A DNA stretch of 60,507 nt from a virus (IMGVR_UViG_3300030118_003585:1-60507); one strand, 5' to 3'; positions 9,128 through 15,809 are shown, counted from the first letter of the stretch. The notes: generated by a model not told the origin, from the letters alone. Program-made: numbers and translations.

Positions 9128-9306
9128 TTTATTAAATTTAAGTTTAACTCTTTAGCTACATAGTTAATATGTTTTTGAGTTGTAACACTCCAATAACCAT
9201 GCTGTATTAAATTAGGATAATCTATTGTTGCAACATGAGTACTATAAGAATATATATCATTATTAACTCTTGTTAAGTTTTGTTTATATCTATTAAATTT
9301 TTCCAT
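9124..9306 (-). CDS. hypothetical protein
   Basis: 60-aa coupled ORF (SYSTHVA...WSVTTQKHINY). Confidence 0.7.
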   Translation of the reverse strand: MEKFNRYKQNLTRVNNDIYSYSTHVATIDYPNLIQHGYWSVTTQKHINYVAKELNLNLIK

Positions 9307-9308
9307 AA

Positions 9309-9536
9309 TTAATCAAGTGTGTTTAATTCATGCTCTACGATTCCACGCGTTACTTTAATAAATTCAAGCGCTACGTCGTTTAAATACTTATCTCGTAACG
9401 GTGAGTTTTTATATTCTTCTTTTATTGCGTAAACGCTTTGCTCATAAGTTATAAGCTCCTGATCTAATTTTGCTAGCAGCGGCGGAACCTCTGCTTTATT
9501 ATAAATTGGAATATGTTTTTTATTATAATTTTTCAT
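9309..9536 (-). CDS. hypothetical protein
   Basis: ORF in a packed operon. Confidence 0.6.
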   Translation of the reverse strand: MKNYNKKHIPIYNKAEVPPLLAKLDQELITYEQSVYAIKEEYKNSPLRDKYLNDVALEFIKVTRGIVEHELNTLD

Positions 9537-9745
9537 GTTTTTGTTTCCATTAAAAAAAGTAAATATTCATATATTATTATTCTTTCATGCCACCATTTTT
9601 TAGCTTGGTTGTTTTGCGCTTTAGTTAAAAACATAGTGTCTTTATAGTTTTTTAATGTAAGCTCAGCTTTAGTTTTTCTTGCCATTAAAAAATCAAACGC
9701 TTTACTGTGTGTCGACTCTTTCTTCATTTTTTTTCTCATTTTCAA
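9533..9745 (-). CDS. hypothetical protein
   Basis: ORF in a packed operon. Confidence 0.55.
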   Translation of the reverse strand: MKMRKKMKKESTHSKAFDFLMARKTKAELTLKNYKDTMFLTKAQNNQAKKWWHERIIIYEYLLFLMETKT

Positions 9746-10094
9746 TTTTACATATATCTAAAAAAGCTTGTTCGTATAATTCAGCTAAATTTGAATCTGA
9801 TCTCTCATCAAGCTCATCATCAAAATATATATAACCACCCATCATATTTTCTATAACTTCTATTATGTCGTCATACCATGAGTCTTCATAGTAACAAACA
9901 TTATCACAAACAGAAAACTCATGTGTTGAAGTTTTTGAAATATAAACTTCATAACCATCTCTTGTTGATTCTCTATAATATAAATGTGTAGCTGCGTACC
10001 AATCATTAGTAATTTCTATATTCCAATAATCTAAAACAGCTTTTTCTAGACTTTGAAAGTCCATTTTAACTAATTGTTTTTCAGTATATTTCAT
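9702..10094 (-). CDS. acidic hypothetical early protein
   Basis: 130-aa ORF directly downstream of a promoter motif. Confidence 0.7.
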   Translation of the reverse strand: MKYTEKQLVKMDFQSLEKAVLDYWNIEITNDWYAATHLYYRESTRDGYEVYISKTSTHEFSVCDNVCYYEDSWYDDIIEVIENMMGGYIYFDDELDERSDSNLAELYEQAFLDICKIENEKKNEERVDTQ

Positions 10095-10107
10095 ATTGTT
10101 AATTTTA

Positions 10108-10140
10108 TATATTATATAAGTTACTTTGTATTAAGACTGT
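10108..10140 (-). promoter_or_regulatory. phage promoter motif copy
   Basis: ACAGTCTTAATACAAAGTAACTTATATAATATA on the minus strand. Confidence 0.8.
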
Positions 10141-10244
10141 AAACTGTTTACTACCCATATTAATACCATGCATATTACAAACAACTTAAAAGTTAAATTA
10201 AGTAGTTTAAATATTTCTTCTTCGTCTTTGTTTCTTCTATTCAT
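10131..10244 (-). CDS. small membrane peptide (37 aa)
   Basis: MNRRNKDEEEIFKLLNLTFKLFVICMVLIWVVNSLQS; hydrophobic C-terminal half. Confidence 0.45.
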   Translation of the reverse strand: MNRRNKDEEEIFKLLNLTFKLFVICMVLIWVVNSLQS

Positions 10245-10246
10245 AA

Positions 10247-10328
10247 TAAAAAAAATAAAGTGTGACAAAAATTACCCGAACACCTCGTGTGCTCTACCAA
10301 GTAATGAAAACCCATGCCACACTTTATT
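10247..10328 (-). terminator. long hairpin with U-tract (terminator or sRNA)
   Basis: 14-bp stem AAUAAAGUGUGGCA/UGUCACACUUUAUU (one G-U), inner stems, U-run, right after a stop codon. Confidence 0.6.
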
Positions 10329-10329
10329 A

Positions 10330-10698
10330 TTACAGTACAAATTCTTTAAAAACAGCTTTTTTACTTTTTGCCATTAAACCGTCTTCAAAAGCTATGGTTA
10401 GTTTTTTACCACCTACGTTCCAGATGTTTGCTATGTTTCTACTATATGACTTATCTCTTTTCCAATCATATATTGTAAACACATTATCGCCTTGTTTTAA
10501 TACCCACTCATAATTTACTTTCTGATCCATTGACTGTCCTAAAATAGGTTCGCCAAACATTTTAACTAGATCATTATAAGTGACATTACACACATAACCT
10601 AATTTAAACGTTCCTGTTGTTATTTTAAACGCCTCTTCTTTTGTCTGTACTTGTTTAAGTTTTTTTAAACCTTTAATTACATTATTAATTCTATTCAT
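10330..10698 (-). CDS. hypothetical phage protein
   Basis: 122-aa ORF (FG-P...KV-x-x-EW...FTIYDWK...WNVGG), immediately 3' of the twister ribozyme. Confidence 0.75.
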   Translation of the reverse strand: MNRINNVIKGLKKLKQVQTKEEAFKITTGTFKLGYVCNVTYNDLVKMFGEPILGQSMDQKVNYEWVLKQGDNVFTIYDWKRDKSYSRNIANIWNVGGKKLTIAFEDGLMAKSKKAVFKEFVL

Positions 10699-10709
10699 AA
10701 CTTATATTT

Positions 10710-10763
10710 GTGCTCACTCTGTATTTACACGGGCTTGTGACCGTCCTTGGCTACATTAAGCAC
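10710..10763 (-). ncRNA. twister ribozyme (type P1)
   Basis: GUGCU UAA UGUA GC CAAGG ACGG U CAC AA GC CCGU GUAAA UACA GA GUG AGCAC: P1, L1 UAA, P2, P4 and both pseudoknots (CAC/GUG, GC/GC) present in canonical order; predicted cut U^A between 10758 and 10757. Confidence 0.93.
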
Positions 10764-11126
10764 GAGTTAGACAATGTATAGACATTGTAAGGTCTAGCTA
10801 ATCGGTTATCCCGCTTAATCTCGATAGCTTGCTGTAGTGTTCAACCACTATTCTCAAGTATTACTACTCATTGAATAATCATATCTGATTACAACAGTCT
10901 GGCTAACCTCAATAGCGTGAGGTGTTCCTTACCATCAGCCAGCTTCATACCTATCATAGAACAATCTATATCGTTCGTAGTAATAGACCTTAATCACTCT
11001 CAGTATATCTCTGATTATCATACTTATATTTATAAGCACGTCGTCTAGATGACTGAGCAACCCCCTACCCCTTGTTCTCGCAAGGCTTGTTGGGTACTAA
11101 CTCTTCGGTAGGTTTGCAACCCTACC
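10764..11126 (-). ncRNA. large structured non-coding RNA, family not recognised
   Basis: No ORF of 60 aa or more, GC-enriched, four long-range helices and about 8 local hairpins; the closing helix ends at the twister. Confidence 0.75.
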
Positions 11127-11140
11127 TACGCATATATAAA

Positions 11141-11218
11141 AGTTGCGGCTGCCAGCCAAAAAATAAATATGAAAAATTCTCTACAGTATAAATCGCACGT
11201 AGAACAGCAGCCACAACT
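11141..11218 (-). ncRNA. hairpin RNA/terminator displaying an anti-start-codon segment
   Basis: 12-bp stem AGUUGUGGCUGC/GCAGCCGCAACU, inner UUCUAC/GUAGAG stem, unpaired UUUUUCAUAUUUAUUUUUU. Confidence 0.55.
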
Positions 11219-11221
11219 ATA

Positions 11222-11518
11222 TTACTTTTTAACTTTATCTAATAATTTTTTTCTCATTTTATCTAGTTCTCTCCAACTATAAAACAGATCATCACCCCAA
11301 TGCATATTCCATGGTGTTATGTTAAGTGCATCACACTTACCTAATATTTTTTCTCTTAACAACCTTGTTTCGCTTATTGTTAACTCCCAATAATTAGCTT
11401 TTGCAAGAGCTTCTTTTATTTCGTTTTTTTCATACTCAAAAGTTTTTTTAGATGCCAAAGCTTTTTCTAGCTTTTTAATTAAACCTTTTCTGAGTTTTTG
11501 TTCTAAATTTTCAAACAT
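11222..11518 (-). CDS. hypothetical protein
   Basis: 98-aa ORF under promoter 11527-11559, co-transcribed with the RNA island. Confidence 0.7.
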   Translation of the reverse strand: MFENLEQKLRKGLIKKLEKALASKKTFEYEKNEIKEALAKANYWELTISETRLLREKILGKCDALNITPWNMHWGDDLFYSWRELDKMRKKLLDKVKK

Positions 11519-11526
11519 ATTTTTAT

Positions 11527-11559
11527 TTTATTATATTATTCACCTTGTATTAAGTCTGT
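11527..11559 (-). promoter_or_regulatory. phage promoter motif copy
   Basis: ACAGACTTAATACAAGGTGAATAATATAATAAA. Confidence 0.7.
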
Positions 11560-11645
11560 AATATCGCAGTGCTCATAACAGCACGAACATATTGGTGATG
11601 TGTATAGCACTTGTGCATTACAGCAGTCACTTAATTGTATATTAC

Positions 11646-11807
11646 TCATTTCCAATTTTTACAACATCTATCACTAATCCAATAATCACCGTACGGATCA
11701 GCTACATTATACTCTGATAACAAACGTCTAGCTTCGTTAATTGTTTCAGCTTCATCTAACGTTTCGTTACCAGTAGTGTTATTAAACTTATAATTTATAT
11801 AAAACAT
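11646..11807 (-). CDS. small hypothetical protein (53 aa)
   Basis: Likely start MFYINYK; the longer ORF call runs into the tRNA-like element. Confidence 0.65.
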   Translation of the reverse strand: MFYINYKFNNTTGNETLDEAETINEARRLLSEYNVADPYGDYWISDRCCKNWK

Positions 11808-11821
11808 TTCTTTATAATTTG

Positions 11822-11895
11822 AGGACGTGGCAGGAGTCGAACCTGCGTCTGGCACCTTTGCTTACGCCGAGGTTGCCGCCAACCATTTCACGCCC
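11822..11895 (-). ncRNA. tmRNA-like tRNA-like domain (mini-tmRNA, no mRNA domain)
   Basis: Acceptor GGGCGUG/CACGUCC with G3:U70, stemless D loop AAAUGGUUGGC, P2-like GGCA(A)CCU/AGGUGCC, GAC linker, T arm GCAGG-UUCGACU-CCUGC. Confidence 0.75.
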
Positions 11896-11900
11896 ATAAA

Positions 11901-11945
11901 GGAGGTAGCGGTACGCCGCGCGTTACTGTTACTGCCACTACCTCC
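11901..11945 (-). ncRNA. GC-rich 11-bp hairpin with 23-nt loop
   Basis: GGAGGUAGUGG/CCGCUACCUCC. Confidence 0.5.
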
Positions 11946-11946
11946 G

Positions 11947-12129
11947 TCGTTAAGTTAGTGTGGTAGGCGCCCGTTTACACTTGCTGGGTTTACGCCAGTA
12001 CATGTACGCTGCCTCGACTTATAACCTCCTATTTCTTAACGATTTCGTTAAGTTAGTGTGATCATTGCGCCCTGTTACCACTACTTTAATAAGTGCAGCT
12101 CGACTTACAGATCTCCTATTTCTTAACGA
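11947..12129 (-). repeat. two tandem structured RNA units (11947-12042, 12045-12129)
   Basis: Shared UCGUUAAGAAAUAGGAG...UAAGUCGAG...GGGCGC...CACACUAACUUAACGA with variable interior and self-complementary ends. Confidence 0.8.
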
Positions 12130-12386
12130 TGACTATAATAATATTCTTCAGAAGCTATGTCTACTATTTCTCGTTCTATGTTATCAAGGGTGTCTTGATT
12201 CATATAGCTTAATAACTCCGCGTATTCATTCCTATGCACTCCATTAATTCTAACTGCCTCATACTCAACATCATAGGCGCTCGGTGTATCACGATCACCT
12301 TCTGAATAAAAATACTTATAGTCTATTTCTAAATCAATATTACCTATAGTATACTCTAATGTTCCTTGAACGTGTTTGCCTACCAT
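12123..12386 (-). CDS. acidic hypothetical early protein
   Basis: 87-aa ORF whose stop lies inside the first repeat arm. Confidence 0.6.
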   Translation of the reverse strand: MVGKHVQGTLEYTIGNIDLEIDYKYFYSEGDRDTPSAYDVEYEAVRINGVHRNEYAELLSYMNQDTLDNIEREIVDIASEEYYYSHR

Positions 12387-12595
12387 TTATCTATCCTTTT
12401 AAGTAAATTATCATAGGTTATATCCTCTAATAAACTAAACTCTTCTTGCGTTAATTTATCTGACCAAGCGCTATAACTTAAATCATTGTTTATAGTTTTG
12501 TATATATACTCAGCTATATTACTTTCAAGCTCATCTAAGAACATCTTGTACTCTTTTGAGTTTGTAATTTGGTCATCTTCAATTATTTTGTTCAT
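12380..12595 (-). CDS. hypothetical early protein
   Basis: ORF downstream of promoter 12609-12641. Confidence 0.65.
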   Translation of the reverse strand: MNKIIEDDQITNSKEYKMFLDELESNIAEYIYKTINNDLSYSAWSDKLTQEEFSLLEDITYDNLLKRIDKW

Positions 12596-12608
12596 TTTTT
12601 AATTTATT

Positions 12609-12641
12609 ATTATTATACTCTTTACTTTGTAATCTATCTGT
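12609..12641 (-). promoter_or_regulatory. phage promoter motif copy
   Basis: Matches the 33-bp consensus. Confidence 0.7.
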
Positions 12642-12705
12642 ATTACTAAGTAATCTACGTATTTCTCTATTACGTTTTATTGCGTGTAGCATTTGTCTTT
12701 CTTTC

Positions 12706-12948
12706 CTATGCCTCATCTTCATATTCTTCTCGTTCAAGCTCATCTGCGTGTTCTTGCCATCTATCTAATGCTTCTTCTATTTCTCTTTCCATACACACAA
12801 TACTTTTAGCGTGCATCAAAAGATCTCGTAACGCATCAGCTTCATAATCAGACATGTCAACACTCATTTCACCGTTTTCAATTGCATGTACACAATCTTC
12901 TAAATCGTCCGCTGTATTTTCAAAGCGGCAGTAACTCATATTACCCAT
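12706..12948 (-). CDS. very acidic hypothetical protein
   Basis: MGNMSYCRFENT...; D/E-rich. Confidence 0.7.
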   Translation of the reverse strand: MGNMSYCRFENTADDLEDCVHAIENGEMSVDMSDYEADALRDLLMHAKSIVCMEREIEEALDRWQEHADELEREEYEDEA

Positions 12949-12964
12949 AGTTTTAATTATTTAA

Positions 12965-13159
12965 TTATTTACGCCTCCAAGATTTATGAACTAATTCAGA
13001 TAGCTCTTGGCTAACTATTTGAATTGTATTACCCGTCTTGTGTTCAATGATAGGTACATAGCTATACGTTTTGACTGTTGAACAGCGAACACACGTTCTG
13101 TAACCATAGTTTAATCTGGCTTGCGGTATTGTTACACCGCATCTACAATATTTATTCAT
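12965..13159 (-). CDS. TraR/DksA-like C4 zinc-finger protein
   Basis: CRCGVTIPQARLNYGYRTCVRC resembles CxxCGxxIPxxRL...CxxC. Confidence 0.6.
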   Translation of the reverse strand: MNKYCRCGVTIPQARLNYGYRTCVRCSTVKTYSYVPIIEHKTGNTIQIVSQELSELVHKSWRRK

Positions 13160-13162
13160 ATA

Positions 13163-13195
13163 TATATTATATACTTAACTTTGTATTGAATTTGT
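13163..13195 (-). promoter_or_regulatory. phage promoter motif copy
   Basis: Matches the 33-bp consensus. Confidence 0.7.
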
Positions 13196-13274
13196 AATTT
13201 TATATGCGCGTTACTATGTATAGCATTACGCTATATAAATAACAAGCTAATATGTATATTATTACATTTTCCAT

Positions 13275-13418
13275 TTAATCTAGTTTAAATTTAGAAGCGA
13301 CATCTCTTATTTCTTGTCTATCATAACTGTCAAGTCCTGGTTTTTGAGCCGCGTACTGTCGGAGTACATAGTGTACAAATAAGCAATCGCTTTTAGTTAG
13401 TTTTACTGAGTGTTCCAT
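13275..13418 (-). CDS. small hypothetical protein (47 aa)
   Basis: Manual translation MEHSVKLTKSDCLFVHYVLRQYAAQKPGLD...; fills an operon gap. Confidence 0.55.
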   Translation of the reverse strand: MEHSVKLTKSDCLFVHYVLRQYAAQKPGLDSYDRQEIRDVASKFKLD

Positions 13419-13420
13419 GC

Positions 13421-13675
13421 TTAATCGTATTTGAATACATTTTTTTCACTTGTAACCATCCACTCACAATTACTTATTGAGTGATCTAAAAACGTTAAAA
13501 ATTCTTCAACGCTTTCATTATCTGGGCTCCAGCCGCTATATCTATAAACTCTACCTTCTGTAAAATCAAGAACAAAAACATATGTTTTCTTTGGTTTGAC
13601 AGGTCTAGGTATAGGCGGTGGTAGTTGAGCTAATTCATGTAGCTCTTTTGCTTCTTTACTTACTTTGTTTTTCAT
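13421..13675 (-). CDS. hypothetical protein
   Basis: ORF coupled to the upstream gene. Confidence 0.65.
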   Translation of the reverse strand: MKNKVSKEAKELHELAQLPPPIPRPVKPKKTYVFVLDFTEGRVYRYSGWSPDNESVEEFLTFLDHSISNCEWMVTSEKNVFKYD

Positions 13676-13926
13676 AACTCGAATAATCTTAATGTTGATT
13701 CACCTAACAGTCTATCATAATGATTTAGCTTGTCTGCGTGCTCACACATAAACTCGTCTAATGAAGCTAAACTTAGTGATATATTATACCTGTTACACAT
13801 TGCTGTCATGTAGTCTCTTGCAACTTCATGATATATGTCTTCAGCTTTTAATAAAGCATCTTCAAACCTTTTAGAATAATGTGACAAAGGTTTTATGTAT
13901 AGTCTTTTAGTATCTGTATTTTCCAT
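13672..13926 (-). CDS. hypothetical protein
   Basis: Downstream of promoter 13945-13977; likely start MENTD. Confidence 0.6.
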   Translation of the reverse strand: MENTDTKRLYIKPLSHYSKRFEDALLKAEDIYHEVARDYMTAMCNRYNISLSLASLDEFMCEHADKLNHYDRLLGESTLRLFEL

Positions 13927-13944
13927 ATTATTTAATTTCATATA

Positions 13945-13977
13945 TATATTATATTCATTACTTTGTATTTGTTTTGT
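13945..13977 (-). promoter_or_regulatory. phage promoter motif copy
   Basis: Matches the 33-bp consensus. Confidence 0.7.
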
Positions 13978-13983
13978 AACACT

Positions 13984-14214
13984 TTATTGTGCCCATGGGT
14001 GATTATCATTAAAATCTTTTTCTTGCACTTGCTCACACAGATCAGTAAACAAGTCTAGTTCAGTCTCGCCATCTTCCAAGTCACACTCATTATGAACAAA
14101 CTCGTAAATGTGTATAGCAACTGCCGCCCAACCATCGGCGTCAAGTCGATCTACAAAGTATTGTAGTGTTTCGTCTCTCCAAACAAATCTTTTATTATTT
14201 TTTTCTTTTTTCAT
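13984..14214 (-). CDS. acidic hypothetical protein
   Basis: ORF in the early operon. Confidence 0.6.
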   Translation of the reverse strand: MKKEKNNKRFVWRDETLQYFVDRLDADGWAAVAIHIYEFVHNECDLEDGETELDLFTDLCEQVQEKDFNDNHPWAQ

Positions 14215-14416
14215 AATATAACTCTTTTAATAAATCTTCTAATCGTTCTACGTTAGTATGTTTTAATCTACTATCAAACCAGTCTTGTTTTACTATATTG
14301 TTTTTTAATGCGTAGTCAAATATTATATTTTCATTATTAATATTTTCTTCTGTACCCCAATAATTAGTATCAGAAAGGTTTTTAATTTCTTTGTTTGTAA
14401 ACTTTATTATATCCAT
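14195..14416 (-). CDS. hypothetical protein
   Basis: ORF in the early operon. Confidence 0.6.
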   Translation of the reverse strand: MDIIKFTNKEIKNLSDTNYWGTEENINNENIIFDYALKNNIVKQDWFDSRLKHTNVERLEDLLKELYYEKRKK

Positions 14417-14421
14417 AGTAT

Positions 14422-14640
14422 TTAACTTAAATATTCTGGAAACCTTTTTAAAGCTTCTTCAAACTCTGATTCATGTATAAATGTAAAACCTTTTAAGTTG
14501 AACCAGTTTTTTATAGGATTATCTACACTGTTATTATTAAATCTTCTTGGCAACTTGTGTATTTGAAAGCCGAAGAATTTATTGTGTTTGAATTTAATGT
14601 AGGGTATTTGCTTGTATGTAGTATATTTAATTTTAGTCAT
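14422..14640 (-). CDS. hypothetical protein
   Basis: ORF downstream of promoter 14660-14692. Confidence 0.65.
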   Translation of the reverse strand: MTKIKYTTYKQIPYIKFKHNKFFGFQIHKLPRRFNNNSVDNPIKNWFNLKGFTFIHESEFEEALKRFPEYLS

Positions 14641-14659
14641 AATTTAATTTTTAGATATT

Positions 14660-14692
14660 AATATTATATATTTTACTTTGTATTTAATTTGT
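14660..14692 (-). promoter_or_regulatory. phage promoter motif copy
   Basis: Matches the 33-bp consensus. Confidence 0.7.
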
Positions 14693-14894
14693 TTAAGTGA
14701 TTATATCTTTTAATTAACATTGGTTCTATAATTTCCATCATAGAAGAAGTTGATGTTATACCAGATTCAAATAGAGTTTTTATAGTAAATTGTATAAAAG
14801 GATCCACACCACCATCTTTATCACATGGTGCATACTCAAAAAAGGTATATGTAAATTCATCAGTTAGTTTATCTTGAAATTCAGTATAATTCAT
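14673..14894 (-). CDS. hypothetical protein
   Basis: Likely start MNYTEF, downstream of promoter 14914-14946. Confidence 0.6.
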   Translation of the reverse strand: MNYTEFQDKLTDEFTYTFFEYAPCDKDGGVDPFIQFTIKTLFESGITSTSSMMEIIEPMLIKRYNHLNKLNTK

Positions 14895-14913
14895 AGTATT
14901 ATTTTTAATTATA

Positions 14914-14946
14914 TATATTATATACATCACTTCGTAATATAACTGT
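14914..14946 (-). promoter_or_regulatory. phage promoter motif copy
   Basis: Matches the consensus with TACGAAGTGA in the middle element. Confidence 0.65.
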
Positions 14947-15030
14947 AAAAGGGTATTACTTGTTTAGTATATGATTTGAGGTAGAGGGGTTTTATACATT
15001 ACCTCTAATTGTGTAAAGTTTAAAAAAAAC

Positions 15031-15075
15031 TGTGACATTAGGTATAGATATAGGATAGTAGAGGCTAGTGTCACA
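15031..15075. promoter_or_regulatory. spaced inverted repeat TGTGACA...TGTCACA (operator or origin element)
   Basis: TGTGACATTAG / CTAGTGTCACA in a non-coding gap; similar pair at 8226-8261. Confidence 0.5.
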
Positions 15076-15164
15076 CTTACTTTGCGTTACTTTACCTTAC
15101 TTTACCTCGCTTTGCTATACATGCTATACACACTCTGCATAAAACAGAGTGCATATCACTATAA

Positions 15165-15401
15165 TTACTTACTTACTGCAAAGTCTCTAGCAAAAGTAGG
15201 GACATTATTAGTAGCAGTGTATGATTTATATTTAATGAAGCAGGGCATTGAATCAAGTTTTGCTTTATTTGCTTTATATACTTCATCATGATTATAAGTA
15301 TACACTTTACCACTTTTGTTTGTAAAGTTGATAGTAATTCCTTTGCCAATTAAGTTTTTTCTTATGACAAATCTTTTAGTATTTAATGTATTATTTTTCA
15401 T
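15165..15401 (-). CDS. early protein, paralog of 15924-16172
   Basis: Shared TKRFVIRKNLIGK...TYNHD...YKSYTATNNVPTFAR; likely start MKNNTL. Confidence 0.75.
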   Translation of the reverse strand: MKNNTLNTKRFVIRKNLIGKGITINFTNKSGKVYTYNHDEVYKANKAKLDSMPCFIKYKSYTATNNVPTFARDFAVSK

Positions 15402-15419
15402 ATTTATAAAATTTATGTA

Positions 15420-15452
15420 GATATTATAGTTAGTAACTTGTATTGTATCTGT
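15420..15452 (-). promoter_or_regulatory. phage promoter motif copy
   Basis: Matches the 33-bp consensus. Confidence 0.7.
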
Positions 15453-15527
15453 TTTCTTCACTTCGCTTACAGAAGTGCTATACATGCTATACACAGCGCC
15501 TCACGGCGCTATGCTTGTTAAATTATA

Positions 15528-15788
15528 TTAAGATATTAAACCACCTTCACGCTCGATGATGTAATCAACTGATTCACCAATGCTTGGCTCATACTCAAAT
15601 TGTTTTGTAGTTTGCTTGTTAAAGTCAAATACAAATAATTTATCACTACCAACTTTTACCTCAGAAGTAAACGATAATACTTCTAATTGAGGTGAAGTGT
15701 TTGGGGTAAATACTATTGTAGTATTATTTAATTTAATATAATTTATATTAAAGTAATTTAAGTGGTTTGTAAGATTATTTATAGTCAT
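15528..15788 (-). CDS. hypothetical early protein
   Basis: ORF with its own promoter and downstream hairpin. Confidence 0.65.
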   Translation of the reverse strand: MTINNLTNHLNYFNINYIKLNNTTIVFTPNTSPQLEVLSFTSEVKVGSDKLFVFDFNKQTTKQFEYEPSIGESVDYIIEREGGLIS

Positions 15789-15809
15789 ATTTATTAATTT
15801 AAAGTTATG

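Noticed and set aside
10764-11126. Group I intron, RNase P RNA or retron msr-msd
   Set aside because: No interrupted gene, no correctly ordered P7 or GAGGAAAGUCC-type motifs, and no reverse transcriptase in the window
11808-11855. N-terminal extension MPDAGSTPATSS of ORF 11646-11855
   Set aside because: It is the translation of the T arm and acceptor of the tRNA-like RNA; the real start is probably 11807
11822-11895. Canonical tRNA or full-length tmRNA
   Set aside because: No D stem or 7-nt anticodon loop, and no pseudoknots or tag reading frame between the two halves
11947-12129. CRISPR mini-array or TIGR-type array
   Set aside because: Only two units, conserved motifs inside the variable part, and no cas or Nop-domain gene recognised
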